Positions 22,406-36,409 of a stretch of DNA of 64,000 nucleotides are shown here, piece after piece; the first letter of the stretch is position 1; the number at the start of each line of letters is the position of its first letter. The translations under genes and the position numbers were made by a program. The notes under the pieces are model-generated. The model had not been told where the DNA came from and made no database searches. It was given only the letters and a program-made list of their open reading frames with translations. The stretch is from the NCBI RefSeq assembly GCF_006345805.1, contig NC_043011.1, positions 7,626,001 through 7,690,000 on the forward strand, written 5' to 3'. The stretch is from Octopus sinensis. Lineage: Eukaryota.

Positions 22406-24122
22406 GTAAGTGTTTTGGTTACGAAAGCGTCCGATACAAAATTTGAGACTGCCTCGGGGATAGAGTAGCACTAACGTAAGTGTTCATAGGTGCCTTACTC
22501 TTTCTCTCGCGATCTCTTTGCCTCCGCCTAGAAACCTCACCGTTACCTTATGACCTGTTCAAGCATCTATCAAAACCGCAAGGGAATTTTTTCCGTTTAT
22601 AAATTTTTTTCTTTTTAAAAAATTTCCGTATAATTTTATGGTATTGTTGTTAAATATTTCGATTATTATTTTACAAATGCAAAATATTGTTTGTTGAAAT
22701 TTTGAAAAAGTTTCTCTTTTTTTCCCTACTTTTTTTTTCGTTTTTTGAAATTAAATGTGTTTGTTGTCTTTAACGGAAAAAAATGTTTTTCTAAATTTGT
22801 TTCCTCGAAAATTCACCCCAAATATGATCACTTTTATTCACATCTTTAAATTCCTGATGCAATATATTCTTTTCTCCATATTCTGTAAATAATTTGAGAA
22901 TTTTATTCCAGCAGGAAGCACGTCAGATAACTAACTTTTGTGGTGAAAAAAAAAATATATATATAAAAAATTATGAATAATGGTGGAATTTTACTTCCGA
23001 AAATTTGTCCCAAAATGAATTTCATTTCTTGCTTATAATATCAAATACATCTGCACACATGTCTATATAGCAACATATATACACATATGTGTATGTTAAT
23101 ATATACATAAGCGGATATTTTTTCATTCAACTCTACAGTTCTTGTTTCAGCAATTTTTTTTTTTAAATGACCAAAAATATTACTCTGCTTTCTTCCTTAA
23201 ACACTATTCCTTGCTCCATCATTTGCAGAATTAGCTAAATTAAAAAAAACAACGGAAATATTAACGCTTCTGTAGCACGTTATAATTTAACATAACCGTA
23301 GTATAAGTATTTCACCTTCTATCAATTTGTATGCAAAAAATTCAAAGCCCTAAATAGTTATAGTGTCTCTGAGTAGGTTTAAATTCCTACACAATTCTCT
23401 TATTTCGTATTCAAGTAGATGCGTGTTGTGTTAGAATCTAGTTGCTCTGATTGAATCGGTTTTTGTAGGACAGATTGTATGAGTGGCTAAGCTTGATGGG
23501 CCGCAAACCCTGGTGGCATGTTATGAATTCAACATTGTTTGAACAAGCCCCAAATGTATGTCAAGGTTTGTATGCACTCGTGATTTAAGTGCATAGTTAG
23601 ACGTGGCAGTCTGGATGTTATTCGAGTGCACATTATCGGCACGTTCAGTTGCTCCACGCTTTTTTTTCCCATCCGTGAATGAAGTCTGGCGCCCAGTACG
23701 CCCGAACAGCTGAATACTATAACTGGCTCTCATTCACTTAGGGAATCGGGCCTAGAACAAAAAATACGCCTCGAAATATAAACCAGAAGCTAACTATATG
23801 GCTCACAAAAATCCACTGGTAATTACCATATGACAGTAAGCTAGGACTTGGCAACCGATAGTTTTTGATTCACTTAAATTCTGCCCTATTTTGAGGACCA
23901 GAAGAAAAAAAAAAACAAGAGCTTATTCAACTTTCACCATGTGAAGCTGAGAAAAGCGATGAAGGCGGATAAAAGAAAGATAGAAATAAATGGACACATG
24001 ATACATAGATACATGTGTGTACGTGTATATATATATATGTGTATATTTGCATCAACATTTATACATGTATATACAAGTATACATACATACAAGTATACAT
24101 ACATACAAGTATATATACATAC

Positions 24123-24162
<40 letters not shown>

Positions 24163-24691
24163 CCATAATGATACAATATAAAAGATTTCTAAATTCGAAT
24201 TTTCTTTTAATCAAACATAATTACTATCTTTTTTTTTTAATGTTGAAGGCAATGATTTATAAGTTTATTTTTTAATTAGAACTTTAATTATGTTTTATAA
24301 CCAGTTAGATATCTACGTCAGTCTCTTTATTTTCCCTTTTAGTTATAAATGAACAATTTTGTCAGACACTGAGTTTTCTTGTTTCCTTATCTTTACAAAA
24401 ATACGAACCGTTTACTTCTTAGTTATTCAGGGTTATCCGTGGTTTTGGAGTTTTGGTTTAGTTTAGTTAAAATTGGGAAGTCGATGGTTAAGTGTACGGC
24501 TTAATTGCACTTAATGAGACATCAACACACATACATACATACATACATGCATAAATATACACACACATGTATATATATATATATATCAATAATAAAGGGT
24601 GAAATTAATTCATTTAGAAATAATCATTAATTTCACCAAGTAGAGTTCGGCATGTAAAAGCCCCATTCAAAATCGTTGCTAAACCTTTAAT

Positions 24692-24729
<38 letters not shown>

Positions 24730-25504
24730 TGTTTACTACTTATTTACTTGTGTATAAGTTGCATTATTTTATATTTGGTCTTAAGCGAAAAACAAAGCAA
24801 AAAAAAAATTAAACTGGACTGATATTCATACTCGGGGTAAAGCTAAAACTATGAAAGGGAAAAAATTTCAGTAAATTAGGAATGCGACTTATACACGAGT
24901 AAATGTGGTAAATCTATTTTCATGCTTTGAGGTTTATTTTCGGGAAAAAAAGTTGGTGAAAGACTCCAAATCGAAGAATTGTACATTTATAATTTCCGTC
25001 TCACTGAAGAATATTTGGCAACGATGACCAAGTTTCTTGTTTCTGCGAATTCCTAATAAATTATAACAAGTTTGTGTTGAGAATAACTTAGACTTTTGAT
25101 CCGTCAAATCTGAGGTGCGGTTTCGCATCTCCCGGAGCAATAAATGACCAGACGGAAAGGCATGAACATCACAAATGCTTGACTTAAACAAATCCCTCTC
25201 TGTCAGTCCCAAAACGTTGTTTCTGCGTAAAAAACATAGGTATAAACCTATACGAAGCACGGATTTTGTGGTGGAAGCTGATGAGATGATTCAATCACCA
25301 CAGTTTCAATACCAGGTTGTGACAGGTTCATATGATCTATGTTGGTAATGTGCCTTCAGAAAGGCATGAATGACTCATCCTCTTACGTTTCTTTCTGTCA
25401 ATTTTCAGGAATTGTATTTTTGGTGAGAAGTAATAGAGAGGTTCTATCGAAAGTTATGGCAGATAAAGAATATCTTTCTTCAGAGTTTGGTTCATAAAAA
25501 TGAA

Positions 25505-25705
25505 ATACGTGGTCATGCTGGGGCACCGCCTTGGAGAATTTTTAGTCAAATGAATCGACCCCAGTACTTGTGTTAATTTTTTTTTAAAGTTTAGTATTTA
25601 TTTTAATAATCCTCTTTTGCCGAACTGCTAAGCTGCGGGGACGCAAACACACCAGCACCGGTTCTTAAGCGTTTGCGGGTAACAAACACAGACACAAAGA
25701 AACTT
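25505..25705 (-). mobile_element. SINE family A, 3' half
   Basis: catgctggggcaccgcc...atcgaccccagtact...ccgaactgctaag...accagcaccggtt. Confidence 0.75.
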
Positions 25706-25714
25706 GCATATATA

Positions 25715-25795
25715 TTCACATATATGTGTTTACATTTATGCCTATAATATATACATTTATGCCTATATATATATACATATATATATAATATATAT

Positions 25796-25840
<45 letters not shown>

Positions 25841-25879
25841 TATATATATATGAATATATATATATATGTATATATATAC

Positions 25880-25910
<31 letters not shown>

Positions 25911-25959
25911 CAAATACACACATACATATATATATATAATTTATATATACATCTATGCC

Positions 25960-25994
<35 letters not shown>

Positions 25995-26128
25995 TATATA
26001 TTATATATGAATATATATATATATGTATATATATACATATATATATATACATAATATATATACATATATATATACAAATACACACATACATACATATATA
26101 TATATATATTTATATATACATCTATGCC

Positions 26129-26181
<53 letters not shown>

Positions 26182-26365
26182 CAGTGCTTTCACAACATTA
26201 TATATTTCTGTCTTACCGTGGGTCCCCATTCAATAAAAATCTTTTGCTAATCAGGTTCGATTCCTGGCCAAACTTTGTAACGTCCATTTACTTATATCAT
26301 GAGATGTATCTATATTTTTATACTCATTGATATCCATCTGATCAATATGCAATCATATATATATC

Positions 26366-26412
<47 letters not shown>

Positions 26413-26683
26413 TACATACATATATATATTTGTATATACACAAACAGACACACACAGACACACACACACATATATATATACATTTCTCTCTCTCTCTCTC
26501 TCTCTATCTATCAATCTCTCTCTCTCTCTCCCTCTATCTATCCATCTCTCTCTTTCTCACTCTATCAATCTATTTATCTAACCCTGTATCTATCAATCTA
26601 TCAATCAAACAATCAATCAATCAATCAATCAATCAAGCAATCAGTCAATCAATCAATCTGTCAATCAATCAATCAATCAATCA

Positions 26684-26756
<73 letters not shown>

Positions 26757-26820
26757 CCTATCTATCTATCTATCTAGCTAGCTAGCTATCTATCTATATC
26801 TATATCTATATATATCTTAT
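25715..26820. repeat. (TA)n, (TC)n, (TCAA)n and (TCTA)n microsatellite blocks
   Basis: Direct inspection; short unique gap at ~26185-26340. Confidence 0.85.
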
Positions 26821-26924
26821 ATTTGTTAAAATGTTGTTGGATTTTTCCCTTTTATTACTTTCAATTTGTCATTCTAGAGTGCATGACGACATATCTGAAT
26901 TTATGTATTTTACGCTGTATGGAA

Positions 26925-27128
26925 ACTGGTCTCAATTTTTGGCACAAAGCCAGCAATTTAGAGGTAGGGCAAAGTCGATTACACCGACTCCAGTTTTCGG
27001 CTGGTACTTATTTCATCTACTCCGAAAGAATGGAAACCTTAATTTGAACTGAGAACGTATAGACGGGCGAAATGCTTCAAAACATTTTCCCTCGAGTCCT
27101 AACGATTCTACCCGATCGCCACCTTAAA
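26925..27128 (-). mobile_element. SINE family B, diverged
   Basis: ttttggcacaaagccagcaattt...ctggtacttatttcatc...aatttgaactgagaacgta...aacgattctacccgatcgccacctta. Confidence 0.75.
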
Positions 27129-27524
27129 CGTTGTATAAATATCGCTCTCTAATTTATCTTCATGTCTCATATTTGGACACTTGATATATATCACGGATAC
27201 CTATAAGTTGTATATATAAGCAATTGTTATTCTGCATGTCTTATTTCCTATATATTTGCTCCAATATATACTGTATGTAATTATATATATATATATATTG
27301 GATTTGGTACTTACATATCTAAAGTATCCTGCCAATATCTGATATTTTCATGGTTGTTTTACCTTACTGTGAACTTGATATTATTGTACCTAACCATTTC
27401 TGGCGCCCTGCGTGTTGGTGTGTCTAGATTCTATTGAATCCTATAACTTAACTGTCTACCTCATACACCCCCCACACACATGTATGTATATGTATGCATG
27501 TATGAATGTAGGTAGGTAGGTATG

Positions 27525-27591
<67 letters not shown>

Positions 27592-27592
27592 G

Positions 27593-27623
<31 letters not shown>

Positions 27624-27975
27624 ATGTCTCTACAACTGATAAATTGTTATGCTGACACTATAGCCCATGGCATATCTGTGTTTTCCTGTTTAAACTTGCT
27701 ATTTCATATTGCCTTCTACTTGTGTTCGGATATCTTTGAAATGGATTCTCTGACAAATCAAAATTTGATTCCCTTTTTTTCCCTCTCTCCTTCTCTGCCT
27801 ACCTGCCTGCCTGCCTGTCTATCAGTCTCTCTGTCTGTGTGTATCTCTTTATATCTATATGTATATATATATATATGTGTGTATGTGTATGTGTATAAAA
27901 TGTACACTATATTCATATATATTACACACATGTACGTAATATATCTATATATCAATATCTATCTTCTTACATTTG

Positions 27976-28006
<31 letters not shown>

Positions 28007-28382
28007 CATGCACACTGTTCGGTACCTTTTTTCTGGAGACATAGTATATAAAAAACTACATTATTCAATGTGTGTTGTCTCTTTTTTAAGACAATGCATT
28101 GTGACTTCATGGTTATTTAACTGTTTTTTCTAGCGGGTCGTGTGACTACACCGAAGGTGCCTCGATGGCGACTTGGCAAAAAGTTGCCATATTTCATACA
28201 TATATCATACGGTATCTCTTATACCGCATATATCATTATTTCATATATCTTACGTTAAATATTTCGTGGTATATATTTCACTGTGGTATATTTTATGACG
28301 CTATATTTCACCATTAAGCTATATCTCTCATGTTATTATATCATTATGTTATACACTTATGCTATATATCTCATACTTCTTA

Positions 28383-28438
<56 letters not shown>

Positions 28439-28825
28439 TTATGATCCATTTTTATGTTATATCTCATCTTACCAAATACCTATGCTACATATCCTATGTT
28501 ATTTTTTCATATCTCATATATCGCCCATGTTATATCCATTATGGTATTTATCTCACATATATTTTTATGCTACATCATTTCTTTGCTATACGTATGGCAT
28601 AACCCTATATCTTTATGCCGTAAATATATCGCGATATCAAATCTTTTGCTATAGATCTCAGTATGACATATTATATATCTCATCTTAATATATCTTTTAT
28701 GCTCTCTCTCTCTCTCTCTCTCTCTCCCTCGGGCGCTCTCTCTCTCCCTCGGGCGCTCTCTCTCTCCATCGCACTCTCTCTCTCTCTCATATATTATATA
28801 TATATATATATATCTATATATATGC

Positions 28826-29028
28826 CTTCCGGTCTTTCAAAATGTAACCTCGTGTTGTACCGTTGTCGATTTTTTCCTCTGTCTTCCCCTTCTCTGGGTC
28901 TTTCCTCTCCTATGTTTCCGACGAAGAGCTCCGCTCGAAACGTTAAACCCTCCTTCTTTCCTGAGCGTCCATTAATACTATATTTGTTCGACGTCCTCGC
29001 GTTGTGTTTTTTTGTGCTTTCTTGTTGG

Positions 29029-29030
<2 letters not shown>
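28826..29030 (+). mobile_element. (TA)n-flanked mini-element H2, copy 2
   Basis: Homologous to 697-908; 53-nt block 28906-28958 identical to 767-819. Confidence 0.7.
28914..28948 (+). ncRNA. Putative minimal type-I hammerhead ribozyme (H2)
   Basis: Identical to 775-809. Confidence 0.55.
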
Positions 29031-29068
<38 letters not shown>

Positions 29069-29516
29069 GACTTTATATTCCTTAGAAACAAGCTGTGTAT
29101 TTTCATGCTCAAAAAATGTTATTTCGTGGACAGCCCTCACTGCAAAGCAATAAGAACAAGGCGTCGGTTCGGGGGATCGAATGCTAGCTTTGATCATACG
29201 TGTCCTTGATCAAGGTAATCGATCCCTGCCGGTCCTCAACGGCCATTTCCATCTAACAGAAAGTAGGTCGTTGTTATTATTTTCATTATTTAGCCCAGGT
29301 CAGCTCTGACCAGGGGCTGACCAGGAGATGGTGGAATGGGCTGCTCGATGGAAGTTCAAATAACTTTTTACCGTGATCTTCGTGTCTTTTGTTTTTCAGC
29401 CAAAGTCTACCTAGAACTATGTTATCTATTGCGTCCTTCACTTTTGTCACAGTAAAGTTCTCTTTGGGGGAAATTTTATCATTTCTAGCAGGTCGATTGG
29501 GAGTATAAAGTAAATA

Positions 29517-29554
<38 letters not shown>

Positions 29555-29768
29555 TCTTTAGCAAGAACAGCATTAACAGTGTTTTCGAAGTTCCGACCAG
29601 CTAAGCCATCATTGGACTGTTACTTCAGTGATGGGTTAGCTGCCTGAGACTTCGAAGTCACTGGCAATTTGTACTCTACAAAAGCATGGAGTAACACTTC
29701 AGAATAATGTAAAATTGTTTTCATTATAACTAAACGTAAAGAACAAACAATACATACATACATACATA

Positions 29769-29800
<32 letters not shown>

Positions 29801-29803
<3 letters not shown>

Positions 29804-29953
29804 GGAGTAAACATATAAATGTGAAACAAGGTGGAAAAAAGAGTACTCAAATACCAGTGGTAGAGTAATATGCTTTATTTAAAAGCAGCAGAAAATTCAA
29901 CAAAACCTGTTACTCTGAGTTTCACGTTTCCGTTCGTCGGACAGTTTTTTTTT
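29801..29953 (-). mobile_element. (TA)n-flanked mini-element H1, single copy
   Basis: Reverse complement of ~1050-1192; TA repeats on both sides. Confidence 0.75.
29902..29948 (-). ncRNA. Putative type-I hammerhead ribozyme (H1), best-formed copy
   Basis: AAAACUGU|CCGACGA|ACG-GAAA-CGU|GAA|ACUC-A-GAGU|A|ACAG-GUUUU; stem I CUGU/ACAG, stem II 3 bp with GNRA loop, NUH=GUA. Confidence 0.6.
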
Positions 29954-30279
29954 ATATATATAATCATAAACTCACACTTTTATCCAGAGCCAATGAAGTA
30001 AAGTTTAATTTCTTTACAAGCAAGGATGTAAACGGGGGTTTGGAGAATCACGGAAACCTGGGTTTACCACATTCATCCATAGTATTATTTCTAAGTCAAA
30101 AGTGTTTCAATTTGATCTCATTTCACTGAACCTCACTGAAGAGTTGAGCCAAGATTCACTGTAAACGTTGCTGATCTGACTATCTCCCTCTCACACACTC
30201 TCTCTCTCGCTCTCTCAGGTTCAACAACATTCTATGAGTATTTGACTTCTACCAATGTTATATATATATATATATTATA

Positions 30280-30442
30280 GCCGCAGGCATGGCTTTGTGG
30301 TAAGAAGCTTGCTTCTCAATCACATGGTTTCGGGTTCAATCCCACTGCGTGGCACCTTGTGCAAGTGTCTTCTATTATAACCTCGGGCCGACCAAAGCCT
30401 TGTGAGGGGATTTGGTAGATGGGAAACTGGGAGAAGCCTCTG
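30280..30442 (+). mobile_element. SINE family A, 5' half
   Basis: gcaggcatggctttgtggtaagaagcttg...ggcaccttgtgcaagtgtc...ggaaactgggagaagcc. Confidence 0.8.
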
Positions 30443-30716
30443 TATATATATATATATATATAATATAATATATATAATATATATATGTAGCAACAGGTAA
30501 ACGAAACTGTGTATATATATATATTGTTATATATATGTATATTATGTATATATAATATATATATGTAGCAACAGGTAAACGAAACTGTGTATATATATAT
30601 ATGTGTATATATATGTATATATGTATATATATATATATATTTATGTATGTATAATATATATATATATATATACATATATATGTATATATATATGTAGTAT
30701 TATATATTATATATGT

Positions 30717-30751
<35 letters not shown>

Positions 30752-30869
30752 TGTATATTAGATGTATGTATATATATGTATGTATATATATTATATATAT
30801 ATATATATATTATATATATAATCTGTATATATATATATATATATTATATATATATATTCTATATATATA

Positions 30870-30900
<31 letters not shown>

Positions 30901-30965
30901 ATTATATATATATATATATCCATATCACAATAGCATTATTTACATAACTCATTTTAGGAGCCAAT

Positions 30966-31185
30966 AAGGCGGTGAACTGGTAGAATTGCTTGCAGATCGG
31001 ACAAAATATTTAGCGATATTTCGTTCGTCATTGCGTCCTGAGTTCAAATTATGCCGTATCGTCTCTGCCTTTCATTCTTCCTGGGTCGATGAAATAAGTA
31101 CTAGTTGATACTGGATTTGGTGTAATTGACTAGTCCCACCACCTCTCCCCAAATTTCAGGCCTTGTACCTGTTGTAAAAAAGATT
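30966..31185 (+). mobile_element. SINE family B, diverged
   Basis: aaggcggtgaactggtagaattg...gagttcaaatt...gggtcgatgaaataagtac. Confidence 0.75.
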
Positions 31186-31804
31186 ATTTTAGGAAGGGTA
31201 GTACTTCTATTCGATCTCTCGAATTTCGTTTTGGTCACTATTCATTTCTCTTGCAATAACCGGTTCTTTTGGTCAAACTATCGTATCTCCAGCTGCTTCA
31301 GATACCGAGGTATCAAAAATTGTGTACAACAGTGTAGTACAACAGTTTTGCTATAGAATGGTGAAACCTTATTTTTTCGTTTTCTGTAACAAAAGCAACG
31401 TTTTGGACTTACGACACTTTTGCATAATAGCAACGATATATATATTTTAACCACTGCAACACTGGTTCAGTTACCAGCCTAAGTATATACCATTGACTTA
31501 AATACACTTGAGACAGGCATGCACTTCACAACATCCCTTTTGACCCTCGTTTAACTAATTCTAAAAAAGAAACTAAACAAAGCATTGAACGAACTCCTTT
31601 AAAAAACTGTCCACGTGTTCAAAGACAATTTTCGAAGAAGCTGTAATTCGATCCCGGTAACTCAAGTATCGGTTTACTGGGGGTCGATATCTGATTGCAT
31701 ATGATTTGCTCCATTGAGGATTACAAAATCTTATAGGGGAAACCATGAAGGCCATGTCTTCCCATTAGTATCTTTTGTCTCAGGAATTTTTTTAATCCTT
31801 TTAC

Positions 31805-31950
31805 TTGTATGAGTCAGTGGACTTTGGCCATGCTGGAGCACCGCTTCGAAGAATATAAGTCGAACAAAATCGATCTCAGTACTTATGTTTTATTTCTTGT
31901 TCTTAAGTTGCCATTTATTCTGATTAAAGCCGGTTGAGTGAAATGGTGGG
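31805..31950 (-). mobile_element. SINE family A, 3' fragment
   Basis: ggccatgctggagcaccgc...aaatcgatctcagtacttat. Confidence 0.6.
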
Positions 31951-31986
31951 ATAGAGGGAAACTGAAAAAAGATCGTTGTATATATA

Positions 31987-32086
31987 NNNNNNNNNNNNNN
32001 NNNNNNNNNNNNNNNNNNNNNNNNNNNNNNNNNNNNNNNNNNNNNNNNNNNNNNNNNNNNNNNNNNNNNNNNNNNNNNNNNNNNNN
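31987..32086. other. Assembly gap (100 N)
   Basis: Run of exactly 100 n; true length unknown. Confidence 0.99.
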
Positions 32087-33241
32087 AATTTCTTGTGGTT
32101 ATAGAAAATGATACTAATCTTAAAAAGAAACATACATGCAACTTTCCATGTACACTCTCCTCCCCCCCTATCGGATCTCTCACTATGGTTCTGTGTATGT
32201 GCGTATGTGTTACTCATTGCCTGCTACCAAGTCTAGTATGTGCACACATTCTGCACCTCTTTGCCTGCCCAAAGCGTTTTCATAAGTTTGTCCCTAAATC
32301 CCTACATGTATGTTTTCCGACCCTTAGTTTGGCCCCTGTTTCATTTCATATTCTCTGCGTTATATAAAGATTTCCTTTTGCAAAATCTCAATAACTACTC
32401 TTGTTGGTTTCGAACGTGTATCATATATGATGCGTGGACGCCAGGGAAATGTTTCCTGGATATCACATGCGATAAACAAGACAGGCAAAGGGCTAACTCC
32501 CTCTGTATATCACTTTTACTATCTCTTCCCCTCTCTCTATACGATGTAAAGAATCAATGGGAAAATCATTCAGCCAACCAACCAACCAACCAACCAACCA
32601 ACCAACATTTATATCAGTTGTTATTAAATAGACATTATTAATGCTAATTTATGTAATATATTATCTATGCTAATTTATGTTTGTATGTAACATATGCCTA
32701 TGTTCTGTTTATCTATTTTCCTACGAAAACTCATTTGGTTTGAATATGAGACACCTCACGCCTGGTTTGTGTTTCTTATGGTTGACTTAGCTTAATTACT
32801 CTATAATTTGGTCTACTCTCAGCAATTTAATTAGCGGCTGTTTATTTTTTCTTTTTGTTTTCTACTCAACTTGATCAATATTCGAGATTACTCGTACTTA
32901 ATACTTAGAAAACATTACTTACCAATATAGAACGGGGGCAAGGGGTCATTCTATGCGGTCATCTTGTAAGTTTTTGTAGAATTTAGGGGAAAACAGTCGT
33001 GTAAGCTCTCACAAATGCACAAATCCCCATAAATATATACATCCACAAATAAGAACGTATGTGTGCATGTATATATATATATATATAAACATACACAAGC
33101 CCTAATATATATATATATATATATCTACATACACACATGCAGTCATATACACTCACAAACAGGTACTTGCAGTGGCAGGTATTGCTACACATAGACCGAC
33201 AAATGTGGACAGAGAGAGGGAGAGAGAGTGAAGGAGGGAGA

Positions 33242-33279
<38 letters not shown>

Positions 33280-34119
33280 CAATCATACGCAAAGACACAA
33301 ACACGTAGACATACACCCTCGCACCCTCACTTCCTCTCTTTCCCCCTTTCTCTCTCTCTCTCTCACACACACACATACAGACAGATACACACAGAGGCAT
33401 TCATACATAAACTGACACACACACACACACACACACACACCACACACACACACACACACACACCACACACACATACACACAGAGAAGAAAACAGTGACGT
33501 CTTCAATGGCTGTCATTTCTGATTCTGTCACTTCTGAGCTGAAGTGTTGACAAGCATTTTTCTCCCATTTGACATCCTGACAATCAAATTTTAGCAATTA
33601 CTTTACTGCAATCATTGATTTAGTCTCACTAACAATCATTATGTCAATTATCTTGTTAATTAATTTGGCAATTAACCTTACTATTCCATTCATCTACCTT
33701 TGTTGTAGCACTAAAGTACAAGATTCTCTTATCTGGTAGCTGTATTTGCAAAAAATAGCAGCCAAAACTCCATTGGATCATACTGCATTATCTTGGATAA
33801 GCAAAAGGCGCATTGAATAACATAGGCACCCTGGATATTTCCCAAAATACGAGATGGTCACGGATGGGGGTGGGGAGTCGGTATGTCTTTGATCATGGGT
33901 TTGCTCGATTCCGCTAGGATTAGCCTTGTGGGACAACGGCAACGACAACTGTACAATGCTGGTACGTTCCCGGAAAGTCGGTCTCGCTTCCCGGTTCGCT
34001 TACATCTCATTCTTCCACTGATGCCAACGAATGATACCTCTCACTCGCAAGTTTTTCTTTAACATCAAGGTTTTCTTCTAAAGCAGAAGACCCACGTCTC
34101 AGTCACGTGATAATATAAG

Positions 34120-34131
34120 TATGTGTGTATG

Positions 34132-34189
<58 letters not shown>

Positions 34190-34242
34190 GTGTGTATGTA
34201 TATATGTATATATATATATGTGTGTGTGTGTATGTATATATG

Positions 34243-34273
<31 letters not shown>

Positions 34274-34377
34274 GTGTATGTATATATATATGTGTGTGTG
34301 TACATATGTATATATCAGTTGGTATATATTAATACATATATATATATACATGTATATTGTGCACATATATAAATACA

Positions 34378-34413
<36 letters not shown>

Positions 34414-34443
34414 CATCTGTCTGTCTGTCTATTTATCTGCCTG

Positions 34444-34534
<91 letters not shown>

Positions 34535-34560
34535 GTCTGTCTGTATGTATGTATATGTAT
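34120..34560. repeat. Compound (TA)/(TG)/(TCTA) microsatellite
   Basis: Direct inspection. Confidence 0.9.
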
Positions 34561-34981
34561 AACCAGCCGAAATTGCAAAGATAATCTGGAACTTGACTGA
34601 AGAAAGAAAACTCCGAATGACCTGTCCTGGTTTTTTTGTATCGTCTGTCTGGATGTTTTGTTGTCCCTGTATGTATATGTATATGTGCATGTGTATGTAG
34701 GACTATATGTGTATATGAAAAAGAATACATCCCACTACTCACATATACACAGAGGGAGATGCAGATATATATATAATACGTATGTTTGATGTAAATTCCA
34801 TATACTTGAATATGATGCATATATTGGCATACAACATAAATTTATTATACCAGACAGAATAAGTGGATAGAACTGTATTCGGGAGTCGAGTCGCAGACGA
34901 AAGTTTCTCTTAACGACAAAATATTATTCAGCAAAACGTACAAAACATCTTACTGGATCATAATTTTTTTGATTAGAGTAA

Positions 34982-35021
<40 letters not shown>

Positions 35022-35139
35022 GTAGCAGCCGTCACTGGCGAGCGAGTACGTCTCAGTAGCATGTGTCTTGCTTTCGGTTATTGCTTTAGGTTCCTGTGTA
35101 ATCGTGTGCAATTACAGATCGAAAGGAATACCCAGAACG

Positions 35140-35320
35140 TGACAGCTGGAGGAAGAAAGGGCCGCCCCCATCACTGGCTGATGCTGATTTTCGGCCTAAT
35201 TTTTTTGGAGGAAAGTGAAATCAAGTACCTTGCTCAAGGATCATAACGTACAGCCGCGACCAGAAATTGAATCCACGACCCTAGGGTCGTGCGCTGAACA
35301 CCATAACTGCTCACCCACGG
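35140..35320 (-). mobile_element. SINE family E, diverged
   Basis: gaaatcaagtaccttgctcaagga...gaaattgaatccacgaccctagggtcgtg...ctgaacaccataac. Confidence 0.6.
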
Positions 35321-35353
35321 GCCTTCAGATTATTTAAGTATACATATATATTT

Positions 35354-35384
<31 letters not shown>

Positions 35385-35633
35385 CACACAGATATACGTA
35401 TACACACGCACATATATACATACACACACACACACACACATATATACAGACACAAAAATACAGACACACACACACAAATACACACACAAATACACACATA
35501 TATACGTATACACACAAATACATACACGCATACACATACACGCGCGCACACACACACATATATACACATATATACGTATACACACTCGCATATAGACACA
35601 TATACACAAATACGCACACAAATACGCACACAA

Positions 35634-35669
<36 letters not shown>

Positions 35670-35673
<4 letters not shown>

Positions 35674-36122
35674 CGGGCTTCTTTCAGTTTCCGTTTACCA
35701 AATCCACTCATAAGGCTTTGGTCGGTACTAGGCTATAGTAGAAGATACTTGCCCAAGGTGCCACGCAGTGGGACCGAACCCGGAACCATGTGAGTGGGAA
35801 ACAAACTTCTTACCACACAACCACCCTGGCGCCTTTTGCTAGTAGTGATCGTGGTGGTGGTGGTGGTATTGATCCCGTTGGTGGTGGTGGTCGTGGTGGT
35901 AACTGAGGTTGCGTATGTCATTATGGAGACGCAGGAGTGGCTGTGTGGTAAGAAGCTTGCTTCCCGACCACATGGTTCCGGGATCAGCCCCACTGCGTGG
36001 TACCTTGGGCAAGTGTCTTCTACTATAGCCTCGGGCCGAGCACAGCCTTGTGAGTGGATTTGGTAGACGGAAACTGAAAGAAGCCCGTCGTATTTCTCTC
36101 TCTCTCATATATATATGTGTGT

Positions 36123-36165
<43 letters not shown>

Positions 36166-36392
36166 GTGTGTGTTTGTATGTGTGTGTCCCAACACCAATT
36201 GACAACAGATGCTGGGGGTGCTTACGTCCCCATAACTTAGCGGTTCATCCAGAGAGGCCGATAGAATAAGTACCAGGTTTTTTGCTTTCTAAAAAACATA
36301 ACTGGGGGTCGATTCACTCGATAAGTGTTCTCAAGGTGGTGCTCCATCATGGCCGCAGTCTAATGACTGAAACAAGTAAAAGTTAAAAGACG
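35670..36392. mobile_element. Head-to-head SINE family A pair: 5' half (-) 35670-35832 and full copy (+) 35930-36392
   Basis: Reverse-complementary heads separated by a ~100-bp (GGT)-rich spacer. Confidence 0.85.
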
Positions 36393-36409
36393 CTACTTGT
36401 CGCATTGCT

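Larger units (their letters stand above)
15650..23930. promoter_or_regulatory. SINE-free unique island, candidate promoter/5' regulatory region
   Basis: No A/B/D/E/G copies seen over ~8.3 kb and only short microsatellites, whereas repeats occur roughly every kb elsewhere; CpG-containing patches and motif clusters. Confidence 0.5.

Noticed and set aside
28130-28190. CTAG with nearby small hairpins (Helitron 3' end?)
   Set aside because: Stems are only 4-5 bp, with no 5' TC end or second copy
34597-34626. CTGAAGA...CTCCGAAT...GTC in a microsatellite-flanked segment
   Set aside because: Possibly a decayed hammerhead, but GAAA and stem II are broken; not supportable from one copy
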